DNA of 64,000 nt from Rhizophagus irregularis (lineage: Eukaryota), in assembly GCF_026210795.1 (NCBI RefSeq), contig NC_089435.1, positions 930,001-994,000 on the forward strand, read 5' to 3'. A program made the position numbers and the translations under genes. Positions 26,349-39,685 of the stretch are shown here, piece after piece; position 1 is the first letter of the stretch, and each line of letters opens with the position of its first letter. The notes beneath the pieces are model-generated. The model was not told the origin of the DNA, searched no databases, and was given only the letters and a program-made list of their open reading frames with translations.

Positions 26349-27050
26349 CATATAAAATGATTAAAGCAAATTAAAGAGTATCAAAGGTAATTGTATTAAA
26401 TGAAAATAAAGAAAGAAAGAAATATTATATATAATATTTCAAGAATAGTTTATATAAATTTTATTAGACTATTTATACTTTTTTAGACTTCATTACAGCG
26501 GATTTATGAAATTTGGCAAAAATTTGCTGCGTCTTTGGAATTGAAATTGACTTACAGAAACATGTGATACTAATTAAGCTTTTTCCTAAAAAAGTAAATA
26601 ATGACGTGCCTTAATACTGGAAAAATTAGTTAGATAATGTAGACAATGGGAAAATTGGTTAGACACAAGATTTGGGTACAAAATATTTTTTAAGGCCCAT
26701 TTTTGACTGTTTACTAATAAATTTGAGACTTAAATACAAATTTGGTGACTAAAATAATGTCAAATATTTATTTAATATGATGAATAAATTTGGGGTATTT
26801 CATAAATCCGCCATTGATGTTGTACTTTACAATACTACTATTACATAATTAATTAATAAGTATTACAAATATTATATAAAACTATAATTAAAATAGTAAA
26901 GTATAAAAATTATGAGATAATTAAATTGAAATACATATGATATTCTAATCAAAATCAATAAATTAATATCAATCAAAAAAAAAAAGATATTTTGAATAAT
27001 TTCAAAGTTAATAAATTAAGAATATAATCTAAAGAAATACTTTATACATA

Positions 27051-30000
27051 ATGAGTCTATTATGTCCATATAAAGGATGCAATCGAACCTTTTCAAAACA
27101 TCAATCATTATTACAACACATTAGAAAAAGCCACTCTGTTATTGTAGGATATGAAATAAATGATGAGGTAAGTGATGAAATAAATATAAATGAAGGTGAT
27201 GTAGATCTCTTTCAGGATGAAAAACTGTTTGAAAACTTGAATTTAAAGGTAAATTTCAGAATTAAATCAATTTGTTAATTGAATGTAGATGACTGAATAT
27301 AACATCTGCCATTTATAATTAAAAAGAAATTAGAAGGTACAACAGTAGAAACACAAAAATTTTTTGATTTACCTGAAGAAATGGATGATTTAATAGATGA
27401 TGATGATGCTGAAGAAGAAATAAATAATTCTAATGGGAAAATGGATGATTCTAATGAAGAAATGGATGATTCCAATGAAGAAATGTATGATGATTCTAAT
27501 GAAGAAATGGATGATTCTAATAAAGAAATAGATGATTCTAATGAAGAAATGAATGATTCAGATGATTTTAGTGATGAAATGGAAGGTCTAAATGATTTAA
27601 ATGATGATGATTCAGATACTGAAATTGATTCAGTTGATTCTGAAGACTTTCATGGAGCTAAGTTTGAAGATGCAGTAAATGAAACACTTGATGATTCTGT
27701 TCTACAATGGCCTAATGAAACCTATCGAGAATTTGCAAAGATTTGTGTTGATTATGATTTATCAAATCAAGCTGTAGATTCATTTATTAATTTTTTCAAC
27801 AAAAATGCAAATTTAAACAAATCACCTTTACCAAATAATTCCAGAGAAATGCATAAATTCATGAATTCAATAGTATCACCAAATCTTGATTTTAAAAAAA
27901 AACATATAATTGACTTTGAAGGTATCTCATATAATCTTCATTATCGCCCAATAATAAAGACAATTAAAGCACTTCTTCAAAAGCCAGATATAACTAATAA
28001 CTTTATACTTAAGTTTGAAGAAAAGCGACAAGCCAATACAGTAGGTATTATATTTTTTATTTATGATTAAATATATTATCTAAATTTAATTTTAATATAT
28101 ATCATATTATAGAATAGTCGAATTTTCTCTGAACAGTATAATTGTAATTGGTGGCAACAGACAGAATCTCAGTTGAAAATTGGAAGTCGAGTTTTATCAA
28201 TTATACTATATTCTGATGCAACTCTTTGTGATAGTCTAGGTAAAACTCAACAGCATCCAGTTTTTCTTACTTTAGGTAATATTCCTTCATGGCAAAGAAA
28301 TAAAAAGAATGCCAAAGTGCTATTAGGTTATATGCCAATTCTCCAAAGTAAAAATCAAGCAACAAGAAATTCTGATAACTTTCAGAAACTTATATGTAAA
28401 GTTATAAAGCGATGTTGGAGTATTTTACTTCGTCCTATTATGAAACTGGATGAACTGGAATTAAACATCAAGAATGTACAGATTACATTTACTCCAAGAA
28501 TTTCTGTATTTCTTGCAGATATGCTGGAAGCAAATGCAATTACATGTACTTACAAATCAGCTAATTGTAAGATGCCATGTCCAAGTTGTATTGTGCATAT
28601 TGAAGATCTAAATAATATGAAGATTTCAAAAGGAAATATCACTTTACGAACACCTAATTCAATGGCTTCTGTAATTCAAAATAAAAAGGCTAAAGAGTAT
28701 TCAATTCATGATCAAAAAAACATATTCTGGAATTTTCCATAAGAAAATAAATTGACATTTAACCTTACAAAAAAGAAATAATTTAACTAATAATTTTCTT
28801 TTTTGTTTACAGAAACTTAAATGTTTATGAGGCAGTCTTACCTGATCGTATGCACCACTTGGATTTGGGTCTCTTTAAGTATATGTTAGAATATACACAA
28901 GATCTTCTAATTGAACAATGTGGAAATTATGCAATTGAAGAATTTAACAATCGATTAGCAGCAATTCCAAAGTTTACTGGATTAAAAATCTTTAATAATG
29001 GAATAACTTCTGTTCAAACAGCTGATGAATATCGAATGATAATAAAGGTAATAATTTCAATAGTTGATGGCTTATTTGATGATAATGATTCAAGAATTAT
29101 AGAACGAAGAAGTAAAAATAAAAATCCATATATATCTTCAACTCGACTTACTTCTGTATACTTCTTTTTTGTTCATATGTATATAATGAGTCGTAATGAA
29201 GAATTTTCAGAGGAAGATCTGATTAAATTTGAGGTAAAAATGCAACCAGATTTTGTTTCATTTGATTTAAATAATAAAACATATACTGTATAAACTTTGT
29301 AGGATTTAATTACAATATGGAGTTGTGAATTTGTGGAAATCTTTTCCCGGTTTAGTCCTAGTGAACTAAAGCTGCCAAAATTGCATTCTTGGAGGTATCA
29401 TGTAGTACCAGCTATCTGTCAATTTGATTCAATAAATAGTTTTACAACTGAAACCTTTGAAACATTGCATAAATATTATGTTAAAATTCCATATCGCAAG
29501 AGCAACAAGAAAGAGGTTATGAACCAAATTTTGAATAAAGTAAGATATACTGTACAACTTTTAATATAAGCCAAACAGAATTTAATATTTTTGTTATTTA
29601 GGTTAGGCAAAAAGCTTTAATTGAATCTACAACCAAGTCTGTAAAACAGAAAGTTGGCCAATTATCAAGTAAACTTTATGATATACGCTTTTCAGCATTT
29701 GAGAATCATTTAGAAATTTTCCAGCAATTAGAAATACTGAATCCTTTGCAACTTGAAGGAATGGAGAATCTACTTGATTCACTTAACAAGCTTAAAGATG
29801 ATATACTTTTAGATAAAGTTGACAGCTTTATACGATTATATAAAAGTGCAACAATAAAATCTGCAGATATAATCCATGCAGATCCATCATATAATAAAGT
29901 TCCATGGTTTAGTGATGTTGCTATTGTAATGGATACAACAAATGCCACTAATTATACTACAGACCAAGGCATGTGCTTTGGAAAGGTCAGTAAAGTTGCC

Positions 30001-30302
30001 ATTACTGATTTAGATGTTATTTTTAAATGTTAACTGGTTATGTTTTATATTAGGTATTATTGTTAGGAGAAATATTTTCTAAAAGCTCACATAATACTGC
30101 AAAATTTATCTTTGCAATGGTTAAATGGTATGATTATTGTGAACAAGATGATAATGAAGATTCAGAAATCTATGGATGTCCTAGGCTAACATTATTAAAA
30201 GAATATGATGTGGTGCCATTAGAATCCATAGAACAAGCTGTTCATATTATACCAAGATTTCATAAAACAAATCAATTTTTGATGAATAGAAATATTTTTT
30301 AA
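27051..30302 (+). pseudogene. Plavaka transposase with N-terminal C2H2 finger, multi-exon; one splice donor appears mutated
   Basis: CPYKGCNRTFSKHQSLLQHIRKSH, IILYSDATLCD...HPVFLTLGNIP, FLADMLEA, CKMPCPSC, PDRMHHLDLGLF, KLPKLH, TETFETLHKYYVKIPYRKSN. The donor at 28739 reads ATAAG instead of GTAAG. Confidence 0.9.
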
Positions 30303-30599
30303 ATTAAATGAATTCATGAACTATTGCTAAGTGTTATAAGCAAAATATTTTTACATTTTTGTTTAATATATGTGTTAATGTAAACATCACACTACAGTTG
30401 ATTAATTTTACTTATTAGTACTCTAAAATTATCCAATTTCATTTTTGGTTAAGATAGATACTATTTGATAGTTAAAGATATATATTATATTCAAGTTAAT
30501 TTTTGATATAACAGCCCCAGATATATTTCTACATGCTATAATAAACAAACTATTATTACACGCAAAATTGAATAATAAGTGAATGCAATAAAATTATTC

Positions 30600-30907
30600 A
30601 AAACTACCTATTTGTGTAGAATTTATGAAACTTTTTAAGATAAAAAATTGATGAAGTATTTCTTAAATCATTTTTATGTGTAGATTACTTAAAATCGTAT
30701 TTTTAAGAAATTATTTCAAGTTGTAAAATTTTGAAATTACCTATTCATGTAGAATTTATGAAACTTTTTAAGACAAAAAATCAATGAAGTATTTCTTAAA
30801 TCATTTTTATGTGTAGATTACTTAAAATAGTATATTTAAGAAATTATTTCAAGATGTAAAACTTCGAAACTACCTATTCATGAATAATTTATGGCACTTT
30901 TTAAGAT
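30600..30907. repeat. 133-bp subterminal tandem repeat, about 2.3 copies
   Basis: tacctatt recurs near 30605, 30738 and 30871. Confidence 0.85.
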
Positions 30908-31345
30908 ATGCCTTATTAAATAACTATGTTTTAAGTGTAATTTATGCAAAACCGTAAATTTATATATTTTTATGGAGTGAAAATTTCCAGGGATTATACA
31001 TATTTGACAACTTTACGCTAATATTCGCCTCATATAATCTCCTGATGGATATTATTATGCTCAAGTATCACAGAGAATATTTTTTTTATAGCTTTGACAT
31101 TAAGCAACATGTTTTTTTTTGTTTTTTTTATGATAATGAAAAAGTTAAAAGGCAATTAAAAATTTCTTGCGTTAAAAGTGAAATAATATAAACTTAAATG
31201 ATAATCAAGAATTTTCTATTAATAGAAGATCATTGAGATCATTTAAAGAAAAAAATGGTTTAACTTGCTCTCTTTGAATCTTACTGATACTTTTTTGGTT
31301 GATCAGATCACTTACCAATTTATCATTTGAGTTGCTTGAGAGCAC

Positions 31346-31515
31346 CCCTGTAAAAAAAGTCGATCCATTTTTTATATTCCATCTTTTTTTCCATAAAAGG
31401 CTCATATTTCCTCATATTTCCGGAATTTATAACCTTATATCACGGAATTTATCGAATTATTTACATTTAACATGAATGGATCCGTAAAAGGCAGATTTTT
31501 TACAAAAATACAGGG
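31346..31515. mobile_element. 170-bp CCCTGTAAAAAA MITE with 3-bp TSD (CAC)
   Basis: cac|ccctgtaaaaaa...tacaggg|cac; similar to the reverse complement of 3256-3455. Confidence 0.8.
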
Positions 31516-32117
31516 CACAAATAAAATACTTTATCAATCTAAATTAAAAATAGGATAGAAGCATTAAATAATAAGTCGTTAAATACTAGTATTGATTATG
31601 CAACTTCAATAAATGAATTTCATTATGATATTTTAGGTGTTTAGCTGCTTTTATAATTTATAAGAAATAAATCATACATGATTATAATATTACTTCAAAT
31701 TTTTAAAGTATGGATTGGATATAAACTTAAATCTGCTAAACAAATTGCAAATAAAAATAAAAATATAAATAAATGCTATTTTAATAATTATAAATATTTG
31801 AATATACCGTCTAGCACTGCATATAGTATCTCCCCTTTTCCGTACCCCCACTTCATAAGACCCGGGTATTTTATTAGATATAAAAAAATTTTCCTATCTT
31901 AAGACCCGGGTATAATTCAATTTTTATTAAGGAAGTTTTACATAAGACCCGGGTATTTTAATAGATTTAAATATTAATTATTGTAACATAATAAAATAAT
32001 CAAATTTAAATTGCAAAATTTAGAAAATATATTTATTTACATTATTGAATTATCATATTTTTATTTTTTATTAACGGGAGCATGAATTATCATGTTTTTT
32101 GTCTTACCAATCTACTT

Positions 32118-33885
32118 TTAACACGTTTTCTCTCTAAATTTAAACATGATCGTCAATTTAATTCGAACTATGTTGCGATCTTCATTTTCTTTGTAATAAT
32201 CATTTTCGCTCTCACTTTCATTGCCTTCATCTTCTGATCCACTTTCATCACCTTCAACTTCTAATCCACTTTCATCATCACTTTTACTTTCCGATTCACT
32301 TCCACTTTCTGATTCGCTTTCACTACTATTTTCATTTTCTTCAATACCTTTTCCTCTGTTATTTATCTCTTACACTTTATTAAAATCAAAAATTAGGCTA
32401 TCTTCTGACCCATCCAAAGAATTTGAAACACCGCAACACTTGAATGAACGCCTAATCATGTTGGTATCCATAGAATCCCAGCTTTCTTTAATCCAATTTG
32501 CCACTAATGAATAGGAAGGCCTTTTGATTTTGCCGGATGGGGTGTAATCCTCGATGGCATCATTCATCCAATTATTATAAAGATGTCGCACCTATTATTA
32601 TTTACAAAATTAATTTAATTTATTAAAATAATAATAAAAAATGAATTATCATACCTTAGATTTAAAGGACTTGTTCAACGAAACATCAAGTGGTTGTAAA
32701 CGGGATGTTAAATCACCTGGAATAATGGCTATATCAGTATGTTTTTCGTGAAATCAATTTTTTACAGCAGACGTTTTATGAGCAGTAAAAGAATCCAGTA
32801 TTAAAAGAGATCTTGGATTTGCTCCGCGTCTTGCGCGTTGTGTCCAAACATTTTCAATCCACCAAATCATCTCACTTTCATTCATCCAACCTTCTTTATT
32901 AGCCCAGATAATCACTCCATTAGGAAACTCCTCACGTGGAACGTTTACAAGTTTGAAAATAATTACTGGTGGTAATTTTATTCCATTCGCTGTGCAGGCC
33001 AAAACAACTGTAAAATTAGAGCGCTCATGTCCAGTTGATAAAATTAAAATAGTTTTAGTACCACGTTGTTCAACTGTTGTATTATTTGGTAAGTTAAAAG
33101 ACATAGGTGTTTCATCCATGTTTGCAATTAAAGATAATGGATATTGATGTTCTCTTCGACGAAATAGAACATAGGACAAAAATTCACTTTGCAAACCAAC
33201 ATAATTTTCTGGAAGTTTCTGAGATATTGTTGTTTTTCTTCTATTAACTAAATTATGCCGGCTCATAAAGCCATCAACCCATTTTTGCGAAAGTTTCACA
33301 TTCTTTATGTCGGGATACTCTTCTTGATACACTTGCTTTTTAGATAAAGAACGTGCCTTTGCTTGAATCATATATCGCGTGACAACCTTTAATTGACTCT
33401 GAGACTCTCTAAACCATTCCATAAGTTCAACTTCAACCCTATAAAAACGAAATGTGTTAAATTTATTTTAAATTCGTGTTCATGTGTAATAAATGTCTAA
33501 AAAAGCACCATTTTATCTGATTTATGTCTTATTACAAATAAACAAAAATTAAACAAAATGGTGCTTTTTTAGACATTTATTACACATGAGCACAAATATA
33601 AAACAAATTTAGCACATTTCGTTTTTATAGGGCAAGTTGTGGATACTTTGGACGTGCACCTGTAGTGAGTTTTTGAATATAAGGAACTGCTTTTAAAAGG
33701 CGTTCTTTATTACTAATCCATTCCCGAAGTTGTTTAGGCTCAATATTAAATTTATCTGCAGTTGATCGTTTGCTGTGACCTCGTTCGTAATACGTAATCA
33801 CCATCAGTTTCTCCCGTGCTGACCACTGGCGACGTCTTTTTGTTGTAACATTAGCACGAAGTTTATGAAAATTTCCACGAACCAT
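32118..33885 (-). pseudogene. pogo-type transposase (HTH, CENP-B-type HTH, DDE_1), disrupted
   Basis: NMDETP, LLILDSFTAH and LQPLDV triad; one intron (~32593-32654); in-frame stops at 32754-32756 and 32370-32372; MITE inserted at 33437-33632. Confidence 0.93.
33437..33632. mobile_element. 196-bp hairpin MITE with CCCTATAAAAACGAAATG TIRs and 3-bp TSD (CAA)
   Basis: caa on both sides; removal restores YPQLEVELMEWF in the pogo ORF. Confidence 0.95.
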
Positions 33886-34777
33886 ATTTCTGAAAATATA
33901 AATTTTATAAAAATTTCTTAATGTTTTTCAAAGGTGTAAAGAAATTTCATAAAACGCGAAATTAGTAGAAAGAAAATTATATTTCCAACTCTCCCTAAAA
34001 TAAGATTCAGTTACTATCATGATCCATGCATCTAAATAAATAAAATGTTCAGTTCTAACAGTTTCTATAACAGTATTTAATAAATATGATTATTTTCCTT
34101 GAACATAAAATAGTCATCCCGAAAATGTAAATTGTAAGTAGTATTACTTCATAATCAGATGTTTAGCATATTTACGGTATTCCCCTTTAATGATTATTGA
34201 ATACAGAATACCAAATCTTTCTAGATTTTTCTGAATAAAAATTTCTCCCAACAATATTAAAATAAAATCCATTTGTTACGGTATATTATACTTTCAGGAT
34301 CAGCCATACTGTACGCTTATCTAGCTCAATTTTTGTTCACGGTAATAAAACCTCCTTTTTTTACAATTATCAAATATACTACAAATACCAAGTTATTCTG
34401 CAATTTTTCTCAACATAAAAAATTATTTTGAGCATGAAAAATCCGTAAAAATTGCAATTGAATAGCATTCATTTGTTTTATATATATTTTAAGATCGGTT
34501 GTGTAGCATAAATAAGTGTTACAAAATACCCCCGAAGTATAATACCCCCACTTATAGTATCCTACCGTCTATAGTACTCGGTATCTAATGAAGTACCCCG
34601 GGTATTACTCAATTTTTAAAACAGGTTTCTTGTATAAGACCTGGGGTATTATATGCAGTGCTAGACGGTAATAATGATTACTTTATTGTAAAAATGGTAG
34701 AATAGCACAATTATTTACTATATAATAATTATTAACTGATAAATAATCAAATAAATAAAGAATAAACAACAGAAATG

Positions 34778-37700
34778 TTAATCTTCAATTACACATTCAA
34801 AACCCTGAGTCTCTTGAACTAAAATTTCAGCAAGCTTGCGACTTGTATAATGTGCTTGTGGATGAGATTGTGTAATAGAAGGATTTACTTGTTCCTGTGA
34901 TAAAGATTTGTTTGCCATAACAAATTCCAACATAACATCTTTTAATTGATTATCAATATTAGGTACATCAAATTTGTAATTTCCATCCCTGTTTATTCTA
35001 TAATAATCACTAATACATTCAATCCATTCAGATATAATATTCTCAAGCATTATTATAGTTGGTCTATTGGCAGGATTTGAATCCCAACATTTTTTCATTA
35101 AATCCACATAACATTTTGGAGTATTTTTTATAATTTCAGGACGTTCTCCTTTACAAATACTCAAGATCAGATCATGATCATGTGCTTCATATTTAAATGG
35201 GGGAATACCTGATGTAAATTCCCACATTATCATTGAAAAACTATAAATATCACTTGCTGGAGTATAGGGATTATATCTTAATATTTCAGGCGCCATATAA
35301 GGTAAAACTCCATAAATTTCATTATCAGAATCCTGTGAATCATTTATAGGTTTACATAATCCTAAATCAATAATAAATAATTCATTATGATTATCTGACA
35401 TTAAAATATTGCCATCATGAAAATCACCATGAGTTAAATTTGATTCATGGATTACTTTAAGTCCTAATATAATTTTTTTTAATAATTGTAATTTGTCTTG
35501 CCACTTAAATTTAATTATATCAGATAAGCATTTTCTCAAACTTCCTTTTTTTGCATAACTCATTACTACTATATAATTTAAACTATTTGGATCTTGAGTA
35601 ATTCCAAAGAATTGAATAAACTTTGAAAATGATTTTTTCTGACAGTTATAATGATATTTCCACTATATAAATAATAATAAATTATTAAATTTTTGCAAGA
35701 GAAAATAAAATTTGATATTAAATAATATAAATAACATACCTCCTCAAGAAATTTATTATTTAAATTTGATGAACTATTAAGTGTTTTAAGAATAACCTCG
35801 TAACCTGTTTGAAAATTACATCTATTCCATTGTTTTTTGTCAAAATTCCAACTAAAAATAGGTCCATCTAACCAGATAGCTTTATGAATTTCACTGAATC
35901 CTCCTTTATCATAATAATTAATACTTGACAGTTTATCATAAGGTATCCATTCCAAAATTTCATAACTATTTTTAGCATTTAATTGTGCTTCTCGAATAAA
36001 TTTATCAATAAACTTATTTTTACTAGTCCATTTTGAAAAATCTTGTTGAAATTGTTTAGCATTACATTGTTGACACCACTGATAATCAGTGTATGGTTGT
36101 TTGCATTCATTACATAATTCAACTTTAGTATTGGGATTCACTTTATTACTTTCTGCTACTTTTTGATACCAATAAAAAGCTTTTTCTAAATTCTTTTCTG
36201 TTCCTTCTCCATTGTCATAACATGTGGCTAAATTATTCATTGCTTCAATATGATCTTTTTCTGCTGCTTTTTGATACCAATAAAAGGCTTTTTCTAAATT
36301 CTTTTCTGTTCCTTCTCCATTATAATAACAAATAGCTAAACTAAACATTGCTTCTTTAATACTATTTTCTGCTGATTTTTGATACCAATAAAAAGCTTTA
36401 TCTAAATTCTTTTCTGATCCATTTCCATTTTTATAACATATGGCTAAATTAAACATTGCAACAGTGTGACCATTTTCCACTGCTTTTAGATACCAATAAA
36501 AAGCCTCATTTAATTTCTTTTCTGTTCCTTTTCCATTTTTATAACATATGGCCAAACTAAACATTGCATCAGTGTGACCATTTTCTGCTGCTTTTTGATA
36601 CCAATAAAAGGCTTTATCTAAATTCTCATCTGTTCCTTCTCCATTATTATAACGTATGGCTAAACTAAACATTGCTTCTTTAACACCATTTTCTGCCGCT
36701 TTTTGATACCAATAAAAAGCTTTTTCTAAATTCTTTTCAGATCCTTCTACAGTAGAATACCTATTGGCTAAATTAAACATTGCTTCATTATCACCATATT
36801 CTGCTGCTATTTGATACCAATAAAAGGCCTTTTCTAAATTCTTTTCTGTTCCTTTTCCAATTTCATAATATACAATTAAAATAGACATTGCAATATTAAA
36901 ACCATTTTTTGCTGCTTTTTGGTACCAATAAAAGGCTTTTTCTAAATTCTTTTCTGTTCCTTTTCCATTTTCATAGTAGAAGGCTAAAATAGTCATTGCT
37001 TCTTTAATACCATTTTCTGCTGCTTTTTGATACCAATAAAAGGCTTTTTCTAAATTCTTTTCTGTTCCTTCTCCATTTTCATAACATATGGCTAAGTTAA
37101 ACATTGCATCAGTGTAATCATTTTCTGCTGCTTTTTGAAACCAATAAAAGGCTTTTTCTAAATTCTTTTCTGTTCCTTCTCCATTTTCATAACATAAGGC
37201 TAAAATAAGCATTGCTTCTTTAATACCATTTTCTGCTACTTTTTGAAACCAATGAAAGGCTTTTTCTAAATTCTTTTCAGTTCCTTCTCCATTTTTATAA
37301 CATATGGCCAAATTAATCATTGCTTCTTTAACACCATATTCTGCTGCTTTTTGATACCAATAAAAGGCTTCTCCTAAATTTTTTTCAGTTCCTTCTCCAT
37401 TTTTATAACATATGGCCAAATTAATCATTGCTTCTTTAACACCATTTTCCGCTGCTTTTTGATACCAATAAACGGCTTTTTCGAAGTTCTTTTCTGTTCC
37501 TTCTCTGTTATAATATCTATTGACCACATTAAACATTACCTTTTTAACACCATTTTCTGCTGCTTTTTGATACCAATAAAAGGCTTTTTCTAAATTCTTT
37601 TCTGTTCCTTTTCCAATTATATAATATATGGCTAAAATAGACATTGCAATAATAAAGCCATTTTCTGCTGCTTTTTGAAACCAATAAAAGGCTTTTTCAA

Positions 37701-38715
37701 AATTCTTTTCGGTTCCTTCTCCATTTTCATAACATAAGGCTAAAATGAGCATTGCTTCTTTAATACCATTTTCAGCTGCTTTTTGATACCAATAGAAGGC
37801 TTTTTCTAAATTCTTTTCTGTTCCTTTTCCATTTTTATAACATATGGCTAAATTAAACATTGTATCAGTGTAACCATTTTCTGCTGCTTTTTGATACCAA
37901 TAAAAGGCTTTTTCTAAATTTTTTTCTGTTCCTTCTCCATTTTCATAACGTATAGCTAAAATAAGCATTACTTCATTAATACCACTTTCTGCTACTTTAT
38001 GATACCAATAAAAGGTTTTTTCTAAATTCTTTTCTGTTACTTTCCCATTTTTATAACAAAAGGCTAAATACGTCATTGCAGTAATAAAACCATTTTCTGC
38101 TGCTTTTTGATACCAATAAAAGGCTTTTTCTAAATTCTTTTCTGTTCCTTCTCCATTTTCATAACGCATGGCTAAAATAAGCATTGCTTCTTCATTACCA
38201 TTTTCTACTGCTTTTTGATACCAATAAAAGGCTTTTTCTAAATTCTTTGCTTTTCCTTCTCCATTTTCATAACGTAAGGCTAAAATAAATACTTTTAGAT
38301 AACAATAAAAGACTTTTTCTATATTTTTTTCTGTTTGTTTTCCATTTTTATAACATATGGCCAAATTAATAATTGCTTTAATATGATCTTTTTCTGCTGC
38401 TTTTTGATGCCAATAAAAGGCTTTTTCAAAATGCATTTCTGTTTCTTCTTCACCTTCATAATGTATGGCTAAATTAAGCATTGCATCTTTAAGACTATTT
38501 TTTGCTGCTTTTTGATACCAATAAAAGGCTTTTTCTAAATTCTTTTCCATTCCATTTCCATAATGTATGGTTAAATTGAACATTGCTTCTTTATTACCAT
38601 TTTCTGCTAATTTTTCTAAAGAATTAATGCATTCTTTACACCATAATTCTTTAGTAAAAGGGTTATTGCAATATAAACAATTTTTGATATTTAAATTGCT
38701 AAATTTCGTTTCCAT
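34778..38715 (-). CDS. Sel1-repeat (23x) protein kinase, ~1286 aa, two exons (38715-35740, 35662-34778)
   Basis: 36-aa repeats AMxxLAxxYxxGEGTEKNLEKAFYWYQKAAENG; kinase motifs VILK, HGDFHDGNIL, IIDLG, YMAPE and SDIYSF; an in-phase GT-AG intron joins the two listed ORFs. Confidence 0.93.
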
Positions 38716-38910
38716 TTTATAATTTAGAAACTTATTCTATTGAAAGAATTTATTTTTTTTTTTGACAAAATTTTTAGATCATCGTGAATGAGTTACAAAA
38801 AAGGAATATTTTACCAAAAGAAGAAGTAATAATAAAAAAAAATAAATAAAATTAATTTTTTTTGGGTCATATTTTTTCCGGTAAGTGATCTGCATCGAGT
38901 TAAAATCAAC

Positions 38911-39086
38911 CACACCGACAAAAATTTAGCGATCATCACAGACAGCACGCCCCGTCGCCGGCATCGCCCCGTCAGGTTTCTATTCATCTGAGGGACTTAG
39001 GTTTTTTTTTTTGAGTAGGTAAAATCTTATTTGTTTATTTCACGTGTTCATGCATAATGCCGTAGTGCTAAATTTTTGTCGGTGCG
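38911..39086. mobile_element. 176-bp MITE with CRCACCGACAAAAATTTAGC TIRs and 2-bp TSD (AC), ~200 bp upstream of the kinase ATG
   Basis: ac|cacaccgacaaaaatttagc...gctaaatttttgtcggtgcg|ac. Confidence 0.85.
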
Positions 39087-39685
39087 ACTGGGGTAGTTGT
39101 TGAAATCAATAGATAAATAGTCACTTTTTCTATCATAGTTAGATAATATTATTTTGAACTTAAAATTTCAGATGACAAATTAATTTCACTTAGCAAACTA
39201 CATTCTATGATGCCATAAGTTTTTACTTAATTAATACGTGATCCATTTTGTTCAGCTGTGTCATAAGATCTTCATGTGACACAAATTTACTGCGCTCTAA
39301 AATTTATATAATCAACATGTTTAATTTTTTGATTTACATAAGCATTACATAAGTCGCAATATGATTGGGGACAAACATTAAAAAATTTTTTCTATACAAT
39401 AATTTGGTCTTCTTTTAAGCCAAAATATATTAAATATGACTCTGATAATATTGATAATATCCGTTGTGGATCCACTTTACACAATAATTTCTGGGATTTT
39501 TATTGTAAAATTGAAAGTACATATGTTTTACAATCAGTTTGAGTTTAAAGTTCCTATAATATGTATAATAAATTAATGTAAATTAGTTATATTATTTGAA
39601 AAATGTAAAAAATAGACAATTTTATAAAAATTATTAGTTTTAAAATATTTTTAAAATATTATAGATGTTGTTTTATCGGGAGGTA

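Larger units (their letters stand above)
24223..31047. mobile_element. Full-length 6.8-kb Plavaka element with CATCAGGAGA TIRs and 2-bp TSD (GA)
   Basis: ga|catcaggagaata...taatctcctgatg|ga; encloses the transposase, a divergent gene and subterminal repeats. Confidence 0.88.
31807..34668 (-). mobile_element. Complete pogo (Tc1/mariner superfamily) element with TA TSD
   Basis: ta|ccgtctagcactgcatata...tatatgcagtgctagacgg|ta; subterminal taagacccgggta motifs. Confidence 0.95.

Noticed and set aside
34778..38715. Bacterial contamination or endosymbiont origin of the Sel1 genes
   Set aside because: Both genes have a spliceosomal intron at the same position, a eukaryotic kinase domain and eukaryotic transposon neighbours.
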